From positions 2,627,258 through 2,691,257 of the forward strand of contig CM082591.2 in NCBI GenBank assembly GCA_040954595.2: 64,000 nucleotides of DNA. The letters run 5' to 3'. Origin of the DNA: Balanoglossus misakiensis (taxonomy: Eukaryota; Animalia; Hemichordata). Of this stretch, positions 28,315 to 39,040 are shown piece after piece. The notes below the pieces were generated by a model, which did no database searches, was not told where the DNA came from, and saw only the letters and a list, made by a program, of their open reading frames with translations. How positions within the stretch are numbered: position 1 is the stretch's first letter; each line of letters starts with the position of its first letter. The translations under genes and the position numbers were made by a program.

Positions 28315-31300
28315 GTAAGATGTATTGACTCTTTCCAGTCGTTTTGGTTCACTGTATTTGCATGCGGTATGTTGTAGGTGTCAATCAGTGGGGTTTTGTA
28401 TTGGGTTTTATTGTTGCCACTGGCGCTGAAAAAAAATAGTTCTGAATGTCATCACAGGTCACGGGCAGCCAGGGTGCAAAGGGGAAGGCACTCAGAATTA
28501 GGGGGGCATTCATGTACGGGCAAAGTGCATGGTATAAACCAAAATGTGTCGCTGTTGTAGATCGTTAACCTATCCACTACCTCAGTTTTAATAGTATCCC
28601 ATTGTTTTCTGTGGATCCTGTGTCTCCTTTATATATATACACACACACAAATGGAATAAACTATTAAGGGTTTGAATGTTTTCTCATAAACGACAGTCCC
28701 TTTGGTAACCATGGGTGTTAGAGCAGAATCCTGCATGTTAAGTGACAAGTTGAAATCAGTCATGTTATTGGCAATGTAGGGGTTTAAGCATTTGTTTAAT
28801 ATAATATTATTACAGTGTTTTGTACACAATCTCTCAAAACATGAGAATGCATCCCTTCCCACACAGTGTTCCCTGTACAAGTACATATCCTTGCACCTAA
28901 ACTTCCAGCAAGTTTTCCTTAGTTATAGACTCAATCCTCATCATCAAAACCCTGCCCTGCAGTACATGTACTCCCTAACTTGCTCCAACTATGTGTATCT
29001 TGTACTGCTTGGTTACTGGTGCAACACAGTTGTAAATGTGTTTATGAGAAAGCTTGTTGTATTGACCATTTTATAATTGTAGATTGAAGCACGTTTCAGT
29101 ATTAGAGTTGTTCAATGCAGGCCTGTAGATGCTGATATAAGATCTCAGCATTTTCATCCAAAAAAGAAATATTCTGGTACCCAGAAATCATCAGTTGTTA
29201 CCTGTGGTAACTGAATCCTTTGATGGGTCTAACACTAGTTGAATTAAAAAAAAAACTAACAAAGTGAATTTGTTTTGTCTTGTCTTGTCTTTTATAGAGT
29301 GAAGACAGCGTCTCATGGTACAAGATGCCGAGACAGCAGGGAGTGACACCCCCTGAAGAGAAGTGGAAACTTCTCCATCTCTTCAACAGAATCCAGTCGT
29401 ACAAAGATGAGGGCGGAAGACAACTGTCGGAATCATTGCAGAAAACACCCACCCAGAAAGTAAGTTTGAACAAAGAAATAGACCCTTTTCACAAATCTAA
29501 CGCCCTCATGCACCCAATGGGAAGAAGTTGGCCACTCACTCTGAATTTGCCAAATTATTTGTGCTTTTGAGGCTCATGTGAGATTATTCTTTCAACAGGA
29601 GGATCCGGAATACCACAAGTTGGTCAGCAGGCCGATAGATTTCAGCGGAATCATTATCAAGATACAGAAAGAACAATATCATGCTGTGGATGAGCTCATC
29701 GAAGATCTGTTGTTGCTCTTTAACAATACTGTCAAAGTTTACAACAAGTACACACAGATTTATAAGGTAAGTACAGATTGGAACCAGTGATTGTTACGAT
29801 TGTTACGATCCAGTTGACCAATAAGTATCAGTGTTACATCCTATACTGTGCTGTTGTTCATTGATCAACTTGTGTCGTTCGCTCCCATAGGATGCTTTGA
29901 CGCTTCACTGTGTGTTGCTGCAAGCACAGACAGAGCTGATGGACTTGGATCACGATCGGGTAGAAGTTCCTGACGTACAGCAGTGTGTGCAGGAAATCCT
30001 GAAAACAATTTACGACAATATCCTCAACTTCCAAGACGAGTCTGGCAAATATCTGATGACAGCGCTAGTCAACTTTTTAGAAAGAGAATGCTCAGAAGAA
30101 ATGTAAGTATTGCAAACACAACAGACGCATAATGAAGTTGAAAAGTTTGAATATGTAGCACAAAATTATGTTGAAATTTACCATGTACTTTCCACACATG
30201 ATTTTGGCACTTGTACATCTAACTTTTGTTGTGTTTCTTGTGTAGGCTTCTCATAGACTTCAGCACAGTTTCAAATAAATTATTCACCGGATGCTACCAG
30301 AGACTCGATCAAATGCAGAAAGATCTATTTTCGATATTTGAGAAAATTCGACACCTTTCAAAGGAAAACCAGGAGGTAAGGATGATGTCGCGGTTAATGA
30401 GACAGTTGTAGTCTGGAAGACTGAAGCAAAGAAACAGTATTAAAAAAGTTGAGATTTCATTTGTCAACAGTGGTGATGGTGGTTGCACATGTGTGGGCTG
30501 TATTGACAGACTGCTAACTAGGTGAATGGGTTACTGAACTTATATATTGGCTTGTTTTCTCTAGATTTATTATGCATCAGTGCGACTTCAGGAGTACTAC
30601 ATCTTATCAAGAGAACAAGTGTGCGAATGGGGACAGGTTTTGGACTCCCCAGCTCTGCGTTACATCAACGGTCACCTCCAATCAGATCTGAAAGTGGAGA
30701 AGGCGATGGAGAAGGCTGGTCGAAGTGGTGGCTCACCAGATTCCACCTCAGATATTGATGTTGATTATAGTAATATGGTAAGTATTGAGAGCAATTATTA
30801 TGATACGTGTGACTGTTCATTTGATAATAATTGCACATGCAAATTTTAGACGTGTTCACATGTGTTTTACAAACATTTGACTCAGGAAGCGCATCTAAGC
30901 AGTATATTCAATGTAAATGTTTCTGGGATTCCAATTAATGTGGATTGGATTTTCTATTTTTCAGACAGTGCCACTAATCAACATGAGAACTAATGAGAGA
31001 GTAGTGAAAGAAGATGGATGTCCGTCCTTTGAACAGTATGTGACTGAGACAGGTTGCTACAAGGTTGGCGACTGTGTCTACTTGCATCCAGAAGGCAGAA
31101 ACAAACCTGGCATTGCCAAGATCGATGTTCTGTGGGAAGACAAGGAGTGAGTTCCATACAACTTCTTTCTCTAATCATGTACAGTTACAATGACAGTTGA
31201 CACTACACACAGCTTCAACCCATGTCATGCCATCCTGGGTGGAACACTGAAACCAATTAGCATGTCTAGTGTGTGTTAACCTTAATTCTTTTTGTTTACT

Positions 31301-34300
31301 GCAGGGGTATTCCGTGGTGCCAGGGACCAGTGTTCCTTTACCCAGAGGACACCAAACATCTACCTACAACAGTATTCTATGAAAAAGAAGTTTTCCAAGG
31401 TCAAAGCGTTGTCCGTCAGATGTCAGACGTGATTGGAAAATGTGTTGTACTTCATCTTTCAGATTATATTCGAGGTGAGACTTGATCAGTCATTTCTTTT
31501 TCCTAGTGCAATAATTGGATTGTTGAAAACAGCCACATGTAACATTTGCTTGTTGTGAAGTAATAACATGTGATGTTTTGTATTTTATTTTTACAGGCCG
31601 GTGTACTGAAATCGCAGAGGATGATGTGTTTGTGTACAGATGTCGGTACGAAGAAGGCAGGGAGTTTTGGAAGTGTGGTCAGAAAACTGGGCAAAAACAG
31701 GGTTCCAAACAGGTACCCTCCGACGAGTGGTATTTTTTCAAGAAGCCACTTCAGCTGTGGGTCAACCAGGGTTCACCGTTTCTGCAAGATGCACTGCAGG
31801 AATGCTTGATAGCCGGAGAGCCTTTCGGGGTTTTGGAGAAGTCAGACCGGAAGGCAAGCACTGTGGAAGAGAAAGAGGAAGGCACGGCATCCGGAACTGC
31901 AGAGAGCACGGAAGAGGTTACGGAAACGGTACTGGAAAGGCCGGAGTTGTCTCAACCAGCACAGCCGGAAGAACAAACATACGATGCAGACGCGGACGAC
32001 GCGATTGATTTTGAACACAACAGACGAGTCAAGTTCACCAATGGTTATCCTCTGTTCTTGAGAGAGAAGTACAGCTCCTTCAAGAGAAAGTTTCCTGGCA
32101 AGACTATAAACGAAATCAGGAGGATGATCCATCTCAAATGGAAGAAGCTGGACTCGGACCAGCAGATGGAATACCATCTCAAAGCCCGGGAGAAGATCAA
32201 GAAGAACTTCAACAAATCCACGTCTCGGAGAAACATCGGGAGAATTTCAAAGAGTGATCAGAGGACCCGAACTCAGGTGGTGACCCCGTCGATTCTCAAC
32301 ATCAGAGTGCCAAAGATCAAACCCAACAATGACCAAAGGGGCAAGCACTGCAGGCGAGGATTTAACATGCTTGTCGCAGACATGCATGGACAGTTGAAAG
32401 AGCAATACCCGGACAGCACCAAGAAGGACCTTATGAAGATCATAAATGAAAAATGGCAGTCTCTGTCCAAAGAGGAGCAGGAGAGATTTCACGTCCGTGC
32501 AAGAGAGAGCATGTTGAAGAGGCAGATTAAAAAGTACGGAAAGCAGTTGGATTACATGGAAACCACGGAAGCTGATGGGGAAACAGAGGAGATGGAACCG
32601 GATCCGGACGAGAATCAGGAGAACGGAGAAGTAGAACAGTCGACATCGCAAGAAAATGACGACTTGAAATTGAAGAAGAAGAAGAAAGCATTCGGGTATG
32701 CCCTGTTTGTGAAGGAGTGGTACAAACTGACCAGCAAGATTCATCCAAATAAGAGTCGGTTAGAGGTCTATCAGTTGATACACGACAAATGGGCCGGTCT
32801 GTCGCGGGAGGACCAGCTGGTGTATAACCGGAAGGCTCAAGGTGGTCCTCTCAGACCCCGGAAAACGTCAATGAAAGCAGGAATCCGAGTGACAAATGAT
32901 TTGCAACAGCCACATCCGTTGGGAAAGCGTCCGAAGAAGGTGAAGCTAGCCAGGGCGTACAGTACAGGGTATAATATATTTTCCAAGGATGTGTACCCCG
33001 GCATCCGGAAGTCAAATCCCGGAACTCCTCACATTGAACTGATGAAGATTGTCGGAAGGCACTGGAAAACTCTAGAGGCGTCCAAACAAGACAAGTATGT
33101 GAAAGAGGCTTTGGAGAGACGGAAACTTGGACAGCAGAATGCTGAGGCTGCTGCAGCTGCTGCTGCGGCTGCTGCCTCTGCTGCTGCAGCGATCTCAGGG
33201 AGTCCATCCGCAATGGGGAGTGTAGAAAGCCCTGGAGATCTCCAAAGAGCCAATGGTCCAGAAGTCCAGAAAGTGACTGTGCCAAAGCAGCCACAGAAGT
33301 TGTCCACGCCATCGTATGACACCTCAGACATATCAATGTCCATGCGATCTCCGTTTTATCGATTCTACAAGAGATGGTCCAAGAGACTCAGCGAGAAGTT
33401 CAAAGGCAAACCCAAGGGGTCGTTGAAGAAATGCATCGTTGCCAAATGGCAGGCTTTGCCAGAGGACGAAAAGGAACCTTACAAAGAGCCGTATCGTATC
33501 AGACGAGAAGCAAAACGCAGGAGGCTGTTAGCTGAAAAGATGAGGAAAAGCAAAATCAAAACTGTCAGGGAGCTGCTGTCAGAGAAGCGCACTGATTCAG
33601 AAACGAGTGGCGAGACTATTATAGATACCGGAGAATTAGATAATGACAGATTTGATGATGATGATGATGATGCACTTGACCTTTCAAGACAGAGGAAAGA
33701 GGATTCAGTGGATGCTGTTGCCCCTGGCGATGATCCAATGCATAATCAGTCAGAATCACATCAAGAGTTAGATTCTACCGACCCCCGGGCTTCCAAAGAT
33801 ACCAGAGAAGAACGGTCTGCATCAACAACACCACCACCACATCCATATGCAAAAAGAGGGAAAACCAGAGGAAGGAGCAAAAGTCCTTCGTCTAGTGAAG
33901 CACACGAAGGGCGAGTGTGCACGAGGTATCAGGCCGCGGCGTCTCGAAGAGCAAGTGTAACCCAGTTGGAAACGAGTGTGTCTGTAGCAGAGAAGAGCAA
34001 CAAGAATGGCAATTCTGATACGGAGGCCGGTGTTCACAAGAAAGACCAGGGTAAAGCAGATAGCCATAGACGCCCAAGCAAGGAATTCCATAGACAAGTG
34101 GAAGAGTCTGGTAGGAATGAAGATGCGTGTGAGAATTCTGAACATTTACGTGAGGAGATGCTGGCACATGAGAAGAGCCCCAGCAGAAGGGGTAGGATAT
34201 CCCCAGGCAATGATGTGGTATACGACAGTGGCAATATGGCTCCTCCGATGCATGATGTCACGCTTCACGGTCAGCCTGTCATCTCCACTACCACGACGAC

Positions 34301-36236
34301 AAGCGCTGACCAATCCGGGAGAGAGTATCACGACTTTGAAATGCGATTACGGGAAGTGGCAGAGGAGGACGAATCCTTGCCGTTGCCTGGAAGCGTACGT
34401 TTGTACATGGACAGCGAGGATATGGGAGAAACCATCACCCTTCTTCGCTGCCTGATCGGACGCTGTGACTTCCTCTGCAACAAAAGAGCGTGGATGAAAA
34501 TGCACTTGCAGATCGAGCACAAGAAGTTTGCCCGGCAGCGTAGGTCGTCTTGCAGCAGCTCAAGCAGGAGTGAGACGCCCATGTCTGATAGTACTACCCG
34601 CAGTATTATAGCAACTCCGGACAAACCTGTCCACGCAACACTTGACCCCCACAAACTCTCGGTACTCTCGCACTTCCCTCTGCACATGGCCGCCAACGTC
34701 CTTAAAGCAGAGGAGCTGAACAGCAACAGTCCAAGCAGTGGTGCGTTTCAAATGCCATCAACTGACATTTTAGGGAGAGGGGTTACATCCTCGGCCAAGA
34801 ACGAAGATCTCCCCAACAGCAATACTGCCCTATTCCATCCTAAAGTGGATGAGGCCATGTCCTCCTACCTTGGTAGGGCAGGTCACGTCTCCACCCCGCC
34901 TCCATCACTGTCTAAAGAGCTCCCGACCACTGACCCAAAACAGAGACATTTGGTTGGAAAGCTACAACGTGATGATAACACATATAATGTTCATCATGCA
35001 AAAAAGCGGTCATCAGAACCAGAGGAGGGCCAGGGACCTGTTGATCTCTCTGTGCCAATGAAGAAGAGAAAGTTCACTCCGGATTTATCTGAACACCCTA
35101 CTGACTTCTCAGATACTGCCATTGACTCGAAAGAAGGACTTGCCAACTTGGTTATCGGGAAATCGTGGACAGTCAGCCCTGGTGAGCAGCTTTGGTTGGA
35201 CAGCCACGGTGAGATGAACTCGCATGGACACAAGTCGCTAGTCCATGATGGCGCTCGCGGTCGGAGTGATCTTCAGCATTCAAGAGCCATGAACCCGCAG
35301 GATATGAAGTCGTCATGCTTTGTGTCCAGAATGAGGGGACAGACACTGGAACCTTTTGAGAATGTGATCGAGAAGAAGAACAGGGGTCGACCAAGACGGG
35401 GAACATCTCCGGACGGGCACTATGCACCAGATCATATGCATCCCAGTGTTGGACTTCATGCTGTGGGTGCAAACTCTTCACCAGATTCAGGCTATGCATC
35501 GTCCAATGTTGAGGCGTACCTTCACGGTTCCTCTCACGGACACGGGAGCGCTTCGAGAGAGAGCCACAGTAGTTCCACACACCATCCGGCATACTCGAGA
35601 GACTCAGCTCATAATCCAGACGTTCACAATTCCCAGGGAATAGCGGGCCACTCTGCCACACACTCCTCCTCCTCGCATTCCACTCCGGGATACGGTGGCA
35701 CTTTCCCAGTCATGACATCCATGCTACAGAAACGGAACTCTGACAAAGACGTGGCGCTGCCGACCGCGGAAAAATTAGGGTACTACCAAAGACTTGTGGA
35801 GGCCGACATACAGGCACCCTTGCAGATGAGACGACCTGAACAGCACAGTCAACAGTCTGGACAGGGACCTCCAGAGCTAACTCCGCAGTCTCAAGTGTAC
35901 ATGTCAAAATCACAGTCACAGCCACCAACTGTCGCTGAGGCACTACCCAACCTGGCGAATCTACTCGAGAAACAAAACGCCTATCAAAGGACTAGCAATA
36001 TGCCGGGGCTGATCAAAGTTGGCCAGCACAGGGAGAGACGAACGCAGCCAGAGAACGATGAGGTCATCATCACGGCGGAAAACCTGAGCAGGAATTCACG
36101 GATGTTGCAAGGTAGAGGACGTGTTGGGACTGTGACGGGGCAAAAAAGAACTCTAGAACCTTTCACTGGCATGCGAGACAGAACTGAAGCCCTTGCTAGG
36201 CTAGGTTTGCAAAGATCTGGTCAAACAAATCATTGA
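28312..36236 (+). CDS. PBRM1-like: Polybromo-1-like chromatin protein (2 bromodomains, 1 BAH, 5 HMG boxes, C2H2 finger, AT-hook); join(28312-28314,29298-29459,29599-29766,29891-30102,30246-30375,30565-30777,30965-31146,31305-31474,31597-36236), 1959 aa
   Basis: All introns are GT-AG and the phases chain correctly (0,0,0,2,0,0,2,1) to 5880 nt ending in TGA. The peptide is collinear with PBRM1 BD5-BD6 (IQSYKDEGGRQLS..., IYKDALTLH..VPDV, YQRLDQMQ, VLDSPALRY) and BAH2 (YKVGDCVYL, GPVFLYPEDTKHLPTTVFYEKEVF, GKCVVL, EWYFFKKP), compared from memory. Confidence 0.88.
29298..29459 (+). CDS. Polybromo-like exon: N-terminal half of bromodomain A (BD5-like)
   Basis: tttatag|AGT...AAA|gtaagt; SEDSVSWYKMPRQQGVTPPEEKWKLLHLFNRIQSYKDEGGRQLSESLQKTPTQK. 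Confidence 0.85.
29599..29766 (+). CDS. Polybromo-like exon: bromodomain A core
   Basis: caacag|GAG...AAG|gtaagt; EDPEYHKLVSRPIDF...DLLLLFNNTVKVYNKYTQIYK, with typical bromodomain PDYY/P-D/FNN motifs. Confidence 0.9.
29891..30102 (+). CDS. Polybromo-like exon: end of bromodomain A and start of bromodomain B (BD6-like)
   Basis: ccatag|GAT...AT|gtaagt; DALTLHCVLLQAQTEL...VPDVQQCVQEILKTIYDNILNFQDESGKYL. Confidence 0.9.
30246..30375 (+). CDS. Polybromo-like exon: bromodomain B core
   Basis: tgtag|G...GAG|gtaagg; LLIDFSTVSNKLFTGCYQRLDQMQKDLFSIFEKIRHLSKENQE. Confidence 0.9.
30565..30777 (+). CDS. Polybromo-like exon: end of bromodomain B and linker
   Basis: ttctctag|ATT...ATG|gtaagt; IYYASVRLQEYYILSREQVCEWGQVLDSPALRYINGHLQSDL. 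Confidence 0.9.
30965..31146 (+). CDS. Polybromo-like exon: start of BAH domain
   Basis: ttttcag|ACA...GA|gtgagt; GCPSFEQYVTETGCYKVGDCVYLHPEGRNKPGIAKIDVLWEDK. Confidence 0.9.
31305..31474 (+). CDS. Polybromo-like exon: BAH domain core
   Basis: actgcag|G...G|gtgaga; GIPWCQGPVFLYPEDTKHLPTTVFYEKEVF...GKCVVLHLSDYIR. Confidence 0.9.
31597..36236 (+). CDS. Polybromo-like terminal exon (4640 nt coding): BAH end, five HMG boxes, poly-Ala, C2H2 finger, PxDLS motifs, AT-hook
   Basis: Uninterrupted 1552-codon ORF entered at tttacag|GC. HMG-like units (GY/F-x-x-F...KW-x-x-L...Y/F) at about 32020-32205, 32340-32510, 32680-32840, 32950-33125 and 33340-33520. CLIGRCDFLCNKRAWMKMHLQIEH at about 34449-34520. 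Confidence 0.92.
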
Positions 36237-38300
36237 TTTGTCCGGTCTTTGTCTCTTTTGCCCAAAGAGTTTTATCGGCAAAGAACCTTCTGTAAGCAAG
36301 ACGTGAGTGTGATGTGCGAGTCTTATTTTTATACAGATGTTTCTATTCAACTATGCCAGTGTGTTTCACAACCAGATTTGTGTGAACAATTCACCAGCCT
36401 AAGGGGTTTATTGAACTATGCCAGTGTTTGACTACCAGGGTGGGAAAATTGGCTAGCCTGGGTTTTTTTTATGCAGATTATGCACTTTGTGCCTTATGGT
36501 CAGCCAATGAGAACAGAAAAACTGGAGAAGAGCTTGTTTAACTCCTTGTAAAAAGACACCCTGGGCTTGTGAGTTTTTTTGAGATTCTGGGATTTTTTTC
36601 ACAAGAAAGCAGGGACTGTTTGAGCACTGCATAAGAAACAAAGCAGGTAATGTTTTCATCGACAAAACTTCAAAATAGCAGTCAGCTCTGTTGAAGAAAA
36701 TTGTCTTTTTGGAGGATGCATGAACCCAAATTCTCACTCAGGGCTGCGTATTTCTAGCACAACTGATATTCTTGCAAGAAGACAGTGCCCTAGGACCTCA
36801 ATGCACCGAAAAAACATTTCATTTTGATCTGACAAGCAATCATGAATATGATGAAGGATTTTTTTCTCTGTAAATTTCTGTTGTTTATTGAATAGAACTA
36901 GCTATGCAAAGCTAACATGAGCTGGTTTGGAATTTGTTCATTGCATCCTTCCAAGGGTAAAGAATATAGAGGTCTGGCAATAGACATGCAAAACGCACAC
37001 AGATTTTATGATTTTAAGTCAAGATTGAGACTCACATTACAAAGAATCAATTCAAAATGAAACAACATTTTTGCATGTGACAAATATGAAAATTCTCTCT
37101 TTGGTATGTCATAAGTTTATGTTGGTTTATATAGCCATTTTCTGGAACAAAGTTGACATTGTTTGTATCATTGAGTAATCATTTCTTTACAGAGCAGAAT
37201 AAGTTTTTTGTTGTATTGGGAAGGTTGACTTTTGGATGAGTGTAACCATTGGTATGATTATAACCCTGTATAAGTCTTCGCGCTTCTGTGAAGTTCACAA
37301 GCGGTTGAAATAATCCTGCGAATTCGGCTCTTTCTGACGTGCAGAGTTGTCCATCCCTTGCTGTATGAAGAAAGAACATTTCAAGTCCCTCTCCAAGTCT
37401 GTATAATTTTACCACTTGGCACAGAATGAAATGTTAAAGTGAAAGAAAATATTTCTACATCTTAATTCAGATGGTGCGCATTGCTTTGTACTTACTGTGA
37501 TCAAAATTCAATCAGTTTTTATGGTGAAACAATGCAAAACACAAGTACCATTGCCTTCCATTTTTTTCTTTTCAAAATTTCATAGTGAAAGAAAACAAAA
37601 TGATTGAAAAAGATTTAACAATAGTTTACAGCAAGGACTGTGTTCCTTGACCTCCTGCATGCAATATGCAAATTATTTTGATAAATAGTATGCAAGTCTA
37701 TTCAAATGTATTCATGTTTTATGCAAATAAGCGAGACAGCTGGTTCAGGATTATGCAAATATTTATTGGAAAGTGATCTGTGTTGAACTTACAAGTTGTC
37801 ATTTTTTGTCACAGAATTTCAATATACTTGTCTTATCATGTGACTTCTGTGATGAAGTTTTCTGTTTTTTGTGTGCTCGTGTATTTTTGAACATTTCGTT
37901 TTCTATTTTTTAATGATAAACTTACTGTAAACTGAAATTTTTCAGCAAAATATTTCCAAGAAGTGAAAACTTTGTTATAGAAGCTGGTCGGCTTTGAAGG
38001 TTTTTTTTATTTTAATGTAAGTTCGTTTTGTATATTATAGATGTGAATCTCTGAGTGAATAGGCTGTGTCTGGTAGTACTACATGCGGCGAAAGTTGGGG
38101 TTTTTTTGTTACCTTTTTGGTAAAATCAAGCATCGTGTTTCTATGCCAATGTTGTTAGTTTTGTAGAAAATAATTCAGTTGTAAACATGTTGCAATGGTG
38201 CAGTAGTCTTTGGTGTCAAATTGTTGATCTTTGCAGTGTGCATGTACAGGGGATGGCACATACTTATTTATGTCCCTTTTTTACAACTCAAAGCACTGTG

Positions 38301-38558
38301 CCAACCCATTGCTTTCTATGGTAGGGTTGGACCCCTAGGTGGGGGTGAAATGGTTCGTGAAAGATTGAAGCATGTCACCTGGTAGGCTTCCAGAGATTTG
38401 CGATTGTAATGGTTTTCAGAAGACAGAAACAGTTAACAAAATCATGAAAGATTAAATCATGAAAGATGAACTATTCAGACAGACCTTTAACCCCAGTTCC
38501 TGAGGTCCAACTTTACCATGGAAAACAATGGATTTGGACCAAACCATGGTGGTGAATG
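38301..38558. mobile_element. Two partial copies of the piggyBac-like MITE in opposite orientation (38301-38355 +, 38484-38558 -)
   Basis: Shared core CCATTG(C/T)TTTC(T/C)ATGGTA..GTTGGACC. Confidence 0.7.
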
Positions 38559-38762
38559 TTTGCTTGAGTTCTGCTGAGATATTTATGTGTGTGTCATATG
38601 TCCTGTTAATAACCAGTCATGTATTTTATCAGATGGTATATGAAAACACAGAGGAAGCAATAAGTATTACTTTTATTAGAGAGCATTGAGATTTTTGGTT
38701 ATTTTTGGCTGTATTTTGTAGTACTTTCCGTAGATACCACAGTATAGCAAGAAGAAAAACTC

Positions 38763-38768
38763 AATAAA
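38763..38768 (+). terminator. Candidate polyadenylation signal of the polybromo-like gene
   Basis: AATAAA 2.5 kb after the stop, at the end of a U-rich UTR-like tract and followed by GT-rich sequence. Confidence 0.35.
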
Positions 38769-38975
38769 AGAACAGATATGTTATATGGACAACATTTTTG
38801 TCGGCCATGTTTGTGTTTTGAGTGCTGTATGCGTGATGTAATGAAGGGTGGGTGTTTCTTAGAAGCAACCTTGGTGTTTGTTCCTTCAATTGGCTGGTCA
38901 ATCTTGAGATCTCTACAAAGGAAATGAAAAGGGTCTGCATCTTGTTTGTTTGAGGAATCAATCTGATTTCCTCTT

Positions 38976-39040
38976 AGTCTCGGTTACCCAGCCTCCTCTG
39001 CTTCAACGGAATAAGCAGAGGAGTCTGGGTAATCCAGACT
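38976..39040. repeat. Short foldback (hairpin) element, AGTCT...AGACT
   Basis: 28-bp arms with 3 mismatches around a 9-nt loop. Confidence 0.75.

Noticed and set aside
31640-36172. Many antisense and alternate-frame ORFs over the large exon
   Set aside because: Shadow ORFs of a GC-richer coding exon, with no independent motifs.
28312-36236. Calling the gene the true PBRM1 orthologue, or a pseudogene
   Set aside because: It lacks BD1-4, BAH1 and the PBRM1 C-terminus and is too divergent for the orthologue. The ORF and all splice sites are intact, so it is not a pseudogene.
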